A stretch of DNA of 61,593 nucleotides from Alistipes sp. (GTDB lineage: Bacteria > Bacteroidota > Bacteroidia > Bacteroidales > Rikenellaceae), in the NCBI GenBank assembly GCA_045659225.1, contig JAZOWM010000012.1, forward strand, positions 1 to 61,593, written 5' to 3'. Every line of letters begins with the position of its first letter. Within the stretch, counting starts at the first letter, position 1. A program made the translations under genes and the position numbers. Shown one piece after another: positions 28,162-36,948 of the stretch. Under the pieces are notes generated by a model. The model worked only from the letters and a program-made list of their open reading frames with translations. It was not told the DNA's origin and ran no database searches.

Positions 28162-29418
28162 TTACAAAGGTTTAACGTAGCGAACAGTGTCAGGTGTGAG
28201 CTGGCTGATGATAAAGTCATCGCACTCCACATACTTGTTGAGCAACTCGTCGTTGTAGTGACGAATGGTCAAGAGCTCCACCTTCGAGATAATCTCCACA
28301 TTGAAGCCCTCCTCCTGCAAGGCGGTCGAAACCTCCTCCAAGTGCCAGCTCGACTCCACGCACAAACCAAGCTCTACAGCGGTGTTGTGGATAAGGTTAG
28401 TCTTGATGCGGAAACGCTCCAAAGTCGCAAAGATGATAGGGAACTTCTCCTCCAATACGAACGACAAATCGCGCGAACGAAGGCGCAAGAAGCTCTGGTT
28501 GCGCTTAACGATGATGGTAGGTGTTGCTACAGTATCTGCATTGCCATCAATCACTGTTCCCGCTGCGAGTTTGTTGCCGAAAGGTTTTACATACAAAGGT
28601 ATGTTCTTGTTCTGCAACGGCTTGATGGTCTTAGGGTGGATAATCTGCGCACCGCTATATGCCAACTCGATGGTATCTACATAGTTGAGGTGGTCAATCT
28701 TCACCGCATCAGGGAAGATTTTAGGGTCGGCATTGAGAATTCCATCCACATCCTTCCATACGGTCATCGACTCTGCGTTGAGGATGTTTGCAACAACCGC
28801 TGCCGAGTAGTCCGAACCCTCGCGACCAAGTGTTGTGGTTGTTCCGTCGGGTGCCGAGCCGATAAAGCCCTGACCAACAAAGATGCGACTCTCTGCACCT
28901 GCACACGCACGGCGAAGTGGCGTTTTCGACTCCTCAATCAGCACATTTGCATCCTTGTGGCGAGCCTGTGTGAGGAAGCACTTGCGCATATCGATCCAGC
29001 TGTTTTTGATGCCCTCCTTGTTGAGGAATGCCGAGATGATGGTTGTCGAAACCAACTCTCCGTAGGCTACGATGTGGTCGTACCACTCCTCCGCCTTAGT
29101 GCGCTCGAACTTGTTTGTTGTCACCGCCTTACGCAACGCCTCGAACAGTGCATCAACCTCCTCGATGCGATGCTCCTCCGAGCCGAAAAGGTCGGCGATG
29201 GTGGTGTAGTGATATGCTTTGATTTCGGCAATTTTGCTCTCGCAGAAGGCGGTGTCGCCCTTACGCATAGCATCGAAGACCTCCTCCAAAGCGTTGGTGG
29301 TCTTGCCCATAGCCGAAACTATGATGAACAATTCGTTCTCATCACGAACAATGTTGAGGAGGTTTCTAACACCCTCGGCGTGACGTACCGAGGCACCTCC
29401 AAATTTGTAGACTTTCAT
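28162..29418 (-). CDS. lysC: Aspartate kinase
   Basis: KFGGASV, VSAMGKTTN, TTLGREGSDYSAA, WKDVDG..ADPK and GAQIIHPKT. Confidence 0.94.
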   Translation of the reverse strand: MKVYKFGGASVRHAEGVRNLLNIVRDENELFIIVSAMGKTTNALEEVFDAMRKGDTAFCESKIAEIKAYHYTTIADLFGSEEHRIEEVDALFEALRKAVTTNKFERTKAEEWYDHIVAYGELVSTTIISAFLNKEGIKNSWIDMRKCFLTQARHKDANVLIEESKTPLRRACAGAESRIFVGQGFIGSAPDGTTTTLGREGSDYSAAVVANILNAESMTVWKDVDGILNADPKIFPDAVKIDHLNYVDTIELAYSGAQIIHPKTIKPLQNKNIPLYVKPFGNKLAAGTVIDGNADTVATPTIIVKRNQSFLRLRSRDLSFVLEEKFPIIFATLERFRIKTNLIHNTAVELGLCVESSWHLEEVSTALQEEGFNVEIISKVELLTIRHYNDELLNKYVECDDFIISQLTPDTVRYVKPL

Positions 29419-29442
29419 ATATTTTGCTTGTTACTTTGGGTG

Positions 29443-29486
29443 CAAAGATAATAAAAAGACGAGAGACGAGAGACGAGAGACGAGAG
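29443..29486 (-). promoter_or_regulatory. lysC -7 box (TATCTTTG) with an adjacent (GACGAGA)x4 array
   Basis: CAAAGATA at 29443-29450; perfect heptamers at 29458-29485. Confidence 0.7.
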
Positions 29487-29512
29487 TTTTTTTTGTTATG
29501 TGGCGCACTTTT

Positions 29513-29630
29513 ATAGGATTAGATGGGAATGAATGGGATTCGCACCTACGGTGCTTAATAGGATTCGATAGGAGTGCACCTCCTATTCAAGGGCGTAAGC
29601 CCGTTCCTATTAAGTCCTATCCAATCCTAT
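29513..29630. repeat. Palindromic element built from about 10-bp ATAGGATTAG-type units, with internal hairpins
   Basis: Arms ATAGGATTAGATGGGAATGAATGGGA / TCCTATTAAGTCCTATCCAATCCTAT; hairpins GCACC-TAC-GGTGC, ATAGGAG-TGCAC-CTCCTAT and GGGC-GTAA-GCCC. Confidence 0.7.
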
Positions 29631-29650
29631 TTGACGCACAAAACACAACT

Positions 29651-29749
29651 CGTCATTCCGAGGCTTGGAACAAGCCGTGGGAATCTCCCTCTTTTAAATT
29701 AAAAACAATAATGAAGATTGCCACGAGCCTTGCGGCTCTCGCAATGACG
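29651..29749. repeat. REP/RPE-like palindromic element
   Basis: CGTCATTCCGAG..GGAATCT(C)...AGATTGCCACG..CTCGCAATGACG with two side hairpins. Confidence 0.7.
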
Positions 29750-29793
29750 GATATTTTATTTTCTATTTTTGGTTTAGTTTATCGAAAAATCTC

Positions 29794-29970
29794 TATCTTT
29801 GTGCTACATATTCGCCTAATCGCTATCGAACTACGACACTTGATACAAAGGGCTTGTTTGTAAATTGTCTTGTTAGGCAAGGTATCGCTATGCGTGTACC
29901 TGCCTTGCAAAGACAATGGGATGTCGTAGTCCTTGATAGCGTGTAAGGTATGGTGCACGCTATTTTTTTG
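29794..29970 (+). promoter_or_regulatory. -7 promoter plus long-hairpin leader overlapping an intrinsic terminator
   Basis: TATCTTTG at 29794-29801; hairpin 29821-29941; terminator TAGCGTGTA/TGCACGCTA followed by T7 at 29937-29970. Confidence 0.6.
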
Positions 29971-29994
29971 TTTAACCTTAAAATATAAAGAATT

Positions 29995-30732
29995 ATGTCA
30001 CTTATTAATTGTCCTGAATGCGGAAAAGAGATTAGCAATAAAGCTATAAGTTGTCCTAATTGCGGAGTACCTCTAAACCGTACAAACGAGTCTATGTTAA
30101 CAACACTATCAGAACCAGAGATTGTAGTGTCGGAAGAACTCATTTTATGTCCAGAAGTTTTCCCAGACGACCTTCGCATTGGACAACAAATTACTAATTG
30201 GAAGTTTGATGCGGCATTTGATGGTTTTTATAGTCAAGCAGAAAACACTATTACTGCAATACCAAGCGGTAAAGTGAAAGTAACGCTACATACTCACGGA
30301 ATAAGAATATGGGGTGGTTTGAATATGTATGACATTCACAACTCTCAAATCATAAATATAGTTAAGACATCTTCTGCCGAACTTGTTCAAACCAATAAAT
30401 CCGTAATTGGAAGAGCCGTTGTAGGAGGCTTAATTATGGGACCACTAGGCGCGATTGTTGGAGGAATGTCAGGTCTGCAGGCAAAAGAAAAATTACAGGT
30501 TAGACAATATGTTGTAATAAATTTTTGGGATGTAGAGACTCGAACATCACAATCCATTCTTATTCAATGTGATGATACACAACCTATCTCATTATTTATT
30601 GCACGACAAATACAAGAACACTCAACCAATATTGTAGAAAATAGATCAGCAGAAGAAGAACACCTGCCAGCGTGGTCAATAATATGTATCATTATTATAG
30701 TGATCTCAATCATTATATTTTTTGTATCATAA
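29995..30732 (+). CDS. Zinc-ribbon domain membrane protein (AT-rich)
   Basis: CPECGKEIS..A.SCPNCG.P, GRAVVGGLIMGPLGAIVGG glycine zipper and a C-terminal TM helix. Confidence 0.8.
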   Translation: MSLINCPECGKEISNKAISCPNCGVPLNRTNESMLTTLSEPEIVVSEELILCPEVFPDDLRIGQQITNWKFDAAFDGFYSQAENTITAIPSGKVKVTLHTHGIRIWGGLNMYDIHNSQIINIVKTSSAELVQTNKSVIGRAVVGGLIMGPLGAIVGGMSGLQAKEKLQVRQYVVINFWDVETRTSQSILIQCDDTQPISLFIARQIQEHSTNIVENRSAEEEHLPAWSIICIIIIVISIIIFFVS

Positions 30733-30762
30733 TTACTACCATTGACGATATATTTCTTAAAT

Positions 30763-30798
30763 AAATAACAGCGATGTGTGTACATCGCTGTTATTTTT
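30763..30798. terminator. Bidirectional terminator
   Basis: AAATAACAGCGATGT/ACATCGCTGTTATTT inverted repeat. Confidence 0.8.
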
Positions 30799-30811
30799 AA
30801 CTGTCAATTAA

Positions 30812-30838
30812 AAAAGCCAATGGCCAATGGCTAAAAGC
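30812..30838. repeat. Heptamer array (AATGGCC family), left flank of ybaK/proX
   Basis: AAAAGCC AATGGCC AATGGCT AAAAGC; inverted relative to 31356-31388. Confidence 0.8.
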
Positions 30839-30844
30839 CCTAAA

Positions 30845-31348
30845 CTAATACAACTCCACAAACTCCCACGAGTTGCCGACTGCTTCGAGGTAGCGCATAA
30901 ACTCCTCGTTAGAGATAACCACCGTACCTCGGCTGTCGTTGGGGTGGAAGCTCAAACTTGGAGCATTTTTTAGGTTGTGGTCGAGGAAGAGGTGAGTATG
31001 GTTCTCCTCGTCGTTGATAAGCCCGAAGGGCGATACCGAGCCCGGCTCTAAGCCGAGATATCGCTCCATACGCTGTGGCGAGGCGAAACTCAACTTACCC
31101 TGGTGCAGGCGGTGCTCCATATCGTGAATTGCCATATCTTGGTCGCAGTCGAAGCATACCAGGTAGTGGCGATTGCCCTTGTGGTTGCGGAAAAAGAGGT
31201 TTTTGCAATGCACCGAGCCATCGTTGCGCCAATACTGCTTGGCAATCTCGATAGTCGGCGACTCAGGGTGAAAATAGACCTCGTATTTAATTCCGTGCGA
31301 GTCAAGAAACTCAAAGACTTTCTTGCTGCGTAGTTCTAATGCCTCCAT
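30845..31348 (-). CDS. YbaK/ProX prolyl-tRNA editing family protein
   Basis: HCKNLFFRN, KLSFAS, LGLEPGSVSPFGL and SFHPN. Confidence 0.9.
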   Translation of the reverse strand: MEALELRSKKVFEFLDSHGIKYEVYFHPESPTIEIAKQYWRNDGSVHCKNLFFRNHKGNRHYLVCFDCDQDMAIHDMEHRLHQGKLSFASPQRMERYLGLEPGSVSPFGLINDEENHTHLFLDHNLKNAPSLSFHPNDSRGTVVISNEEFMRYLEAVGNSWEFVELY

Positions 31349-31355
31349 ATTTTTT

Positions 31356-31388
31356 GCTTTTAGCCATTAGCTATTAGCCATTGGTTTT
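31356..31388. repeat. Heptamer array (ATTAGCC family), right flank of ybaK/proX
   Basis: GCT TTTAGCC ATTAGCT ATTAGCC ATTGGTT TT. Confidence 0.8.
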
Positions 31389-31430
31389 TTTAGTTTTACG
31401 AACTCCTACCCTTATCACGGCGCAACCATT

Positions 31431-31466
31431 ATAGGGGCAATAGGGGTAATAGGGATTATAGGGAGC
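31431..31466 (+). repeat. Nonamer array (ATAGGGnnn)x4, G-quadruplex-pattern
   Basis: ATAGGGGCA ATAGGGGTA ATAGGGATT ATAGGGAGC. Confidence 0.8.
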
Positions 31467-31479
31467 GCTTAAACTATAT

Positions 31480-31511
31480 AATTCTCAATTCTCAATTTTC
31501 AATTCTCAATT
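31480..31511. repeat. Heptamer array (AATTCTC)x4.5 containing the prolyl oligopeptidase stop codon
   Basis: AATTCTC AATTCTC AATTTTC AATTCTC AATT. Confidence 0.88.
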
Positions 31512-33662
31512 ATACTTTGTGTTTGTGTTCTCAAACACAAACGCAAAGGTATCGGCAATCTCCTCGATGCGCTTCGAGGTTGGCTTGCCTGCACCGTGAC
31601 CGGCATTGGTGTCGATGCGGATAAGCACAGGGTTATCGCCCTTGTGGCAGTGCTGCAACTCGGCTGCGAACTTGAACGAGTGGGCAGGCACAACTCTATC
31701 GTCGTGGTCACCCGTAGTTACGAGTGTTGCAGGGTACTCCACACCCTCACGCAAGTTGTGCAGAGGCGAATACTTGATAAGGTACTCGAACTGCTCCTTG
31801 TTTGCCGATGAGCCATACTCTACAACCCATCCGTGACCTATTGTGAAGAGGTGGTAGCGCAACATATCCAACACACCCACTGCCGGCAATGCAACGGCAT
31901 ATAGCTCAGGGCGTTGGGTCATACAAGCACCCACCAACAAACCTCCATTCGAGCCTCCGGCAATAGCCAATTTCTTGCTCGAAGTGTAGCCCTCCTTGAT
32001 GAGATACTCGGCAGCTGCGATAAAGTCGTCGAAGACATTCTGCTTATTCTCCAACATACCGCCCTTGTGCCACTCCTCGCCATACTCCGAGCCGCCACGA
32101 AGGTTCACTACGCAGTAGACACCACCCTGCTCCATAAACATCGCTGCGGTGGTTGAGAACGAAGGTGTGAGGTTAATCTGCAAACCTCCATATCCGTAGA
32201 GGTAACAAGGGTTGTTACCGTCTAATTTCAGTCCCTTCTTGTGCGACACGAACATCGGCACACGGGTGCCATCCTTGCTCTCGAAGAAGAGCTGCTTTGT
32301 CTCATAGTTCTCGCAGTCGAACTTCACCTCCGAGCGGTGGTAAAGCTCGCTATTGCCACTCTCGATATCATAGCTGTAGATTGTGCTTGGCGAGGTGTAG
32401 TTTGCCACAGCATAATAGACCTCCTTGTCCTCTCTTTCGCCGTCGAAGCCGCCTACCGAGCCGATAATCGGAAGCTCAACCTCGCGTACGAGATTACCCT
32501 TGCGGTCATACTGGAAGATCTTGTTCTGCGCATCGATAAGGTACTCGGCAAAGAGGTATTTGCCCGCCATACCTACAGCCTCGAGCAACGACTCGCCCTC
32601 AGGGATGATGTCGTACTTGTCGCCCGTATTGAGGTTTACACCCATAAGACGGTAGTTTGGTGCGTTGTCGTTTGTTACAACGAGGAGCTCATCCTCGTAG
32701 CAATCAAGAATCATATAGTCGAACTCGAAGCCCTCGAACAACACGCGGAATTTGCGCTCCTTCTTGCCCTTATAGAGAATCTGTGTACCCGAAGTACCTG
32801 CCGACGAGGTAACAAACTGCCACTTGCCATCCTCGCTCTCGCCACCATGGTGGTAGTGGAGCGGATTCTTCTTATCCTCGAAGATGAGGATATCCTCCGC
32901 CTGCGTAGTGCCAAGGCGGTGGAAATAGACCTTCTGGTTGGTATTCTGAGCCGAATATACCGCATCACCCTCCTTTGGAGCGTCGTATGCGCTATAGTAG
33001 AAGCCACGGCCATCGCGAGTCCACGATGCACCCGAGAACTTCACCCATTTGATGTGGTCGGCAAGAGGTTGCATGGTTTCGGTATCCAAAACCTTAATCT
33101 CCACCCAATCCGAACCTGCAGCAGCAAGAGCATAGGCGAAATACTTGCCATCCTTAGTGAACGATCCCGCATGCAACGCCACGGTACCATCCTCCGAGAG
33201 GGTGTTTGGATCGAAGAATACCTCCTCCTCACTATCGGCAAGGTTGCGCTTGCGGTAGAGAACGCTCTGATTTTGAAGTCCGCTGTTACGCGAGATGTAG
33301 TACCACTCGCCACGCTTTGCCGGAGCACTCTGCGAAGGGTAGTTCCACAACTCTGTCAATCGCTCGCGGATAGCATCGCGCTGCGGGAGCGAATTGAGGT
33401 AGCCAAATGTAACCTCGTTCTGCGCCTTCACCCACTCGGCTGTGCGCTCCGACATATCATCCTCCAACCAGCGATAAGGGTCGGCAATCTCCACTCCGTG
33501 ATAGTTGTCAACAACGCCCTCACGCGCTGTTTCAGGGTACTCGATATCTCTCAACATATTCTTTAACATTTTACCTATTCCGTAACCAAAAAAGAATGCC
33601 ACGGCCACCAATGCAGCACAAATGGCAATAACCTTAACAATCTGTTTATAACTCTTTCCCAT
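31506..33662 (-). CDS. Prolyl oligopeptidase (S9A)
   Basis: DPYRWLED, YGYGG, GGSNGGLL, HDDRVVPAHS and AGHGAGKP. Start placed at ATG 33662, downstream of the -7 box. Confidence 0.95.
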   Translation of the reverse strand: MGKSYKQIVKVIAICAALVAVAFFFGYGIGKMLKNMLRDIEYPETAREGVVDNYHGVEIADPYRWLEDDMSERTAEWVKAQNEVTFGYLNSLPQRDAIRERLTELWNYPSQSAPAKRGEWYYISRNSGLQNQSVLYRKRNLADSEEEVFFDPNTLSEDGTVALHAGSFTKDGKYFAYALAAAGSDWVEIKVLDTETMQPLADHIKWVKFSGASWTRDGRGFYYSAYDAPKEGDAVYSAQNTNQKVYFHRLGTTQAEDILIFEDKKNPLHYHHGGESEDGKWQFVTSSAGTSGTQILYKGKKERKFRVLFEGFEFDYMILDCYEDELLVVTNDNAPNYRLMGVNLNTGDKYDIIPEGESLLEAVGMAGKYLFAEYLIDAQNKIFQYDRKGNLVREVELPIIGSVGGFDGEREDKEVYYAVANYTSPSTIYSYDIESGNSELYHRSEVKFDCENYETKQLFFESKDGTRVPMFVSHKKGLKLDGNNPCYLYGYGGLQINLTPSFSTTAAMFMEQGGVYCVVNLRGGSEYGEEWHKGGMLENKQNVFDDFIAAAEYLIKEGYTSSKKLAIAGGSNGGLLVGACMTQRPELYAVALPAVGVLDMLRYHLFTIGHGWVVEYGSSANKEQFEYLIKYSPLHNLREGVEYPATLVTTGDHDDRVVPAHSFKFAAELQHCHKGDNPVLIRIDTNAGHGAGKPTSKRIEEIADTFAFVFENTNTKYN

Positions 33663-33757
33663 AGATATATATTTGCTCGGTACAAAGATAATAAAAAGCA
33701 TAAATATGACACCTCGCAGCGAATGAAAAGATAAAAAATTCATATCTTTGTCGCGTT

Positions 33758-34594
33758 ATGATAGCAAAAATGGTCTATAATATATTAAAAATAGTCGTTA
33801 TTGCGATTTTACTGACGGCACCGACGGTTGTTGCCGTTGCCAAGGGGGGGGGTAAAATAGAGGCTAAAAACGACTCTGAGAGGGTAAAAGTCCAGCGATA
33901 CTCGGAGAATTGGTGGGAGAAGAACCAAACCTATTCCACCCGCTTTCGTGCCGAGCAGCTTGTGGCTCCCGTGGCGTTGGTCGGCTTAGGTGCTTTGGGT
34001 GTTGGAGAGAATGCTCCGATGCGCGGCATAAACCTCGCCATCAAAAACGGACTCTACGAAACAAGTAAGGGGGTAAAGCTCCGCTTCGACGACTATGTTC
34101 AGTATGTTCCCGTAGCCTTCTATCTCACTCTCGACTTTATGGGCTTAGAGGCCAAGCACTCCTTTGGAGAGCGTGTGGCTGTAGCTGCCGTAACATATAT
34201 TGCCGTAACGGCTTTATCGCAGAGTATCAAGCACATAGTGCGCGAGCCTCGCCCCGACACAGGCACTCGCAACTCCTTCCCTTCGGGACATACGATGACC
34301 GCATTTGCGGGAGCCGAATTGGTACGCTCGGAGTATGGTTGGGGTGTCGGTATGGGTGCCTACGCTTTGGCTGCAACAGTGGGATTTATGCGAATGTATA
34401 ATGGTCGCCACTGGTTCAACGATGTCTTGGCAGGTGCAGGCTTCGGAATCCTCTCGGCACGAATAGGATATTGGATGTTGCCTCTCAACCGCCACATCTT
34501 CCACATTCCACGCAAGGGCCAAGCAATGGTTGCTACCCCGATGTACTACGCCAATACGAAGGCTTTGGGCGTGAGTTGCGCTATACAATTCTAA
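33758..34594 (+). CDS. PAP2-family phosphatase
   Basis: K..VREPRPD, SFPSGHT and R.YNGRHWFNDV. Confidence 0.9.
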   Translation: MIAKMVYNILKIVVIAILLTAPTVVAVAKGGGKIEAKNDSERVKVQRYSENWWEKNQTYSTRFRAEQLVAPVALVGLGALGVGENAPMRGINLAIKNGLYETSKGVKLRFDDYVQYVPVAFYLTLDFMGLEAKHSFGERVAVAAVTYIAVTALSQSIKHIVREPRPDTGTRNSFPSGHTMTAFAGAELVRSEYGWGVGMGAYALAATVGFMRMYNGRHWFNDVLAGAGFGILSARIGYWMLPLNRHIFHIPRKGQAMVATPMYYANTKALGVSCAIQF

Positions 34595-34618
34595 ATTTTT
34601 TGCTACCTTTGTATCGCT

Positions 34619-35056
34619 ATGGATATTCTATTTTATACTGATGACTGCAACTACCGCCTGCCACAAAAGCGACTTATGCGTAAGTGGTTGCGCGAGGTGG
34701 CACAGCAGGAGGGCAACTACGAGATTGCCGAGATAAACTATGTTTTCTGCTCGGCGGAGCGTCATCGTGCGATGAATATCGAGTTCCTCGGACACGACTA
34801 TTTTACCGACATCATAACCTTCGATGATAGCGATTTGAAGGCGGGCTATATCGCTGGCGATATATTTATCGATATCGAGACTGTGCGCGACAATGCTCGT
34901 TTGTATGGTGCTACGGCACGCCAAGAGATGCTCCGCGTAATCGTTCACGGAGTATTGCACCTCTGCGGCCAGAAGGACAAGACTCCTCGCGCCGAGAAGC
35001 AGATGCACCGCAAGGAGGATAAGTATCTGGCTCTGTTGGAGCAAATGCAGAATTAA
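34619..35056 (+). CDS. ybeY: rRNA maturation endoribonuclease YbeY
   Basis: TDIITFD, GDIFI and HGVLHLCGQKD. Confidence 0.95.
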   Translation: MDILFYTDDCNYRLPQKRLMRKWLREVAQQEGNYEIAEINYVFCSAERHRAMNIEFLGHDYFTDIITFDDSDLKAGYIAGDIFIDIETVRDNARLYGATARQEMLRVIVHGVLHLCGQKDKTPRAEKQMHRKEDKYLALLEQMQN

Positions 35057-35064
35057 AAAAGGTT

Positions 35065-36948
35065 ATGGTACAGAAATACGATGTGATTGTAGTGGGTGCA
35101 GGTCACGCAGGTTGTGAGGCGGCTTCGGCGGCGGCTCGCAGAGGTTGTCGCACGCTGCTGGTAACGATGGATATGACCAAGTTTGCGGCGATGTCGTGCA
35201 ACCCCGCTATCGGTGGCGTAGCCAAGGGACAAATAGTGCGCGAAATCGACGCACTCGGTGGCGAAACGGGCATCGTAACCGACCTCTCGACCATACAGTT
35301 CCGTATGCTCAACCGCTCGAAGGGTGCTGCGATGTGGAGCCCACGAGCGCAGTGTGACAAGGCGCAGTTCTCGGCTGAGTGGCGACACCGCCTCGAAAAC
35401 CGCGAAAACCTCTTTATTTGGCAGGATTCGGTTACGGAGATACTCTTTGACACCGAGGGCGAGAAACCGCGCGCAAAGGGCATAAAAACGCAAATGGGCG
35501 TGGAGTTCGAGGCAAAGGCAATAGTCCTCACCGCAGGAACATTCCTTTCGGGCCTTATGCACTGTGGTCGCAACAATGCCGGTGGAGGTCGTGCAGGAGA
35601 TGCAGCGTCGTATGGAGTAACCGAAAGCCTTGTAAATCAAGGTGTTGAGGTTGGTAGAATGAAAACGGGAACCCCTGCTCGACTCGATGCACGCACAATC
35701 GACTTTTCGATTTTGGAGCAGCAGCCGGGCGATGAAAAGCCATCAAAATTCTCCTTCTCTGACGAGACCGAGGCTGTTCGTGAACAGTTGCCTTGCTACT
35801 TGGTTTACACCTCGCAAGATGTCCACGACACCCTCCGCACAGGTTTTGAGGATTCGCCACTTTTCAACGGAACAATCAAGGGTATTGGCCCTCGTTACTG
35901 CCCAAGCATCGAAGATAAGTTGCGCACCTTCGCCGACAAAGAGCAACACCAGCTCTTCCTCGAACCCGAGGGTCGCACCACAAACGAATACTACCTCAAT
36001 GGCTTCTCGTCATCGTTGCCATACGAGGTGCAACTCTCTGCCCTTCACCAGATTAGGGGCTTGGAGAAGGTACACGCCTACCGCACAGGTTACGCCATCG
36101 AGTACGACTATTTCCCTCCAACACAGTTGAAGCACTCGTTGGAGAGCAAACTCATTGATAATCTGTACTTTGCAGGTCAAGTGAATGGTACAACGGGCTA
36201 CGAAGAGGCTGCTGCGCAGGGTCTGCTTGCAGGTATCAACGCATCGTTGCGAGTTGAGGGTAAAGAGCCTATCATCTTACAACGCGATGAGGCATATATC
36301 GGAGTGTTGATTGACGACCTTGTGATGAAGGGAGTCGACGAGCCATACCGAATGTTTACTTCGCGCGCCGAATATCGAATTTTGCTCCGACAAGATAATG
36401 CCGATCGCAGACTCACTCCACTTGGTCACAAATTGGGTTTGATTTCGGAGTCGAGATACGAAAAATTCAACGAAAAAATATCGCGCGTAGATTCGCTTAT
36501 TTCGTACTGTCGCACACAAAGCGCCAAAATATGCGAAATTCAAAACTACTTAATTTCGCTTGGTTTGCCCGAAATTTCGCAAGGAAAAAAGATTTTTGAC
36601 CTCGCACTACGCAACGATTTGACTCTTGCTGGACTTATCGGAGCGTTGCCAAAACTCGCAAAGTTTGTCCGAGAGAACGGAATTACCGAGCAAGACATTG
36701 AGGAGGCAGAGATTGAAATTAAGTATAGTGGCTACATCGAGCGCGAGCGTCAAGTGGCAGAAAAGCTCCATCGTTTGGAGAATATTGCCATCCCTGAAGG
36801 GTTCGACTACAACACAATGCAATCGCTAACCATCGAAGCTCGACAGAAATTGAGCCGAATTCGACCAACAACAATCGGTCAGGCATCGCGCATTCCTGGC
36901 GTTTCGCCAGCAGATGTAAATGTGCTTTTGGTGAAGTTTGGAAGATAG
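35065..36948 (+). CDS. mnmG: tRNA uridine-5-carboxymethylaminomethyl modification enzyme MnmG/GidA
   Basis: VGAGHAGCEAA, MSCNPAIGG, GPRYCPSIEDK, AGQVNGTTGYEEAAAQG and YRMFTSRAE. Confidence 0.97.
   Translation: MVQKYDVIVVGAGHAGCEAASAAARRGCRTLLVTMDMTKFAAMSCNPAIGGVAKGQIVREIDALGGETGIVTDLSTIQFRMLNRSKGAAMWSPRAQCDKAQFSAEWRHRLENRENLFIWQDSVTEILFDTEGEKPRAKGIKTQMGVEFEAKAIVLTAGTFLSGLMHCGRNNAGGGRAGDAASYGVTESLVNQGVEVGRMKTGTPARLDARTIDFSILEQQPGDEKPSKFSFSDETEAVREQLPCYLVYTSQDVHDTLRTGFEDSPLFNGTIKGIGPRYCPSIEDKLRTFADKEQHQLFLEPEGRTTNEYYLNGFSSSLPYEVQLSALHQIRGLEKVHAYRTGYAIEYDYFPPTQLKHSLESKLIDNLYFAGQVNGTTGYEEAAAQGLLAGINASLRVEGKEPIILQRDEAYIGVLIDDLVMKGVDEPYRMFTSRAEYRILLRQDNADRRLTPLGHKLGLISESRYEKFNEKISRVDSLISYCRTQSAKICEIQNYLISLGLPEISQGKKIFDLALRNDLTLAGLIGALPKLAKFVRENGITEQDIEEAEIEIKYSGYIERERQVAEKLHRLENIAIPEGFDYNTMQSLTIEARQKLSRIRPTTIGQASRIPGVSPADVNVLLVKFGR

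Noticed and set aside
29458-29749. CRISPR array
   Set aside because: Units are 7-10 bp tandem or palindromic, with no unique spacers and no cas genes.
29498-29863. 121-aa ORF in the lysC upstream region (and 29823..30179 on the minus strand)
   Set aside because: It runs through palindromic repeats and a promoter, with no protein-like features.
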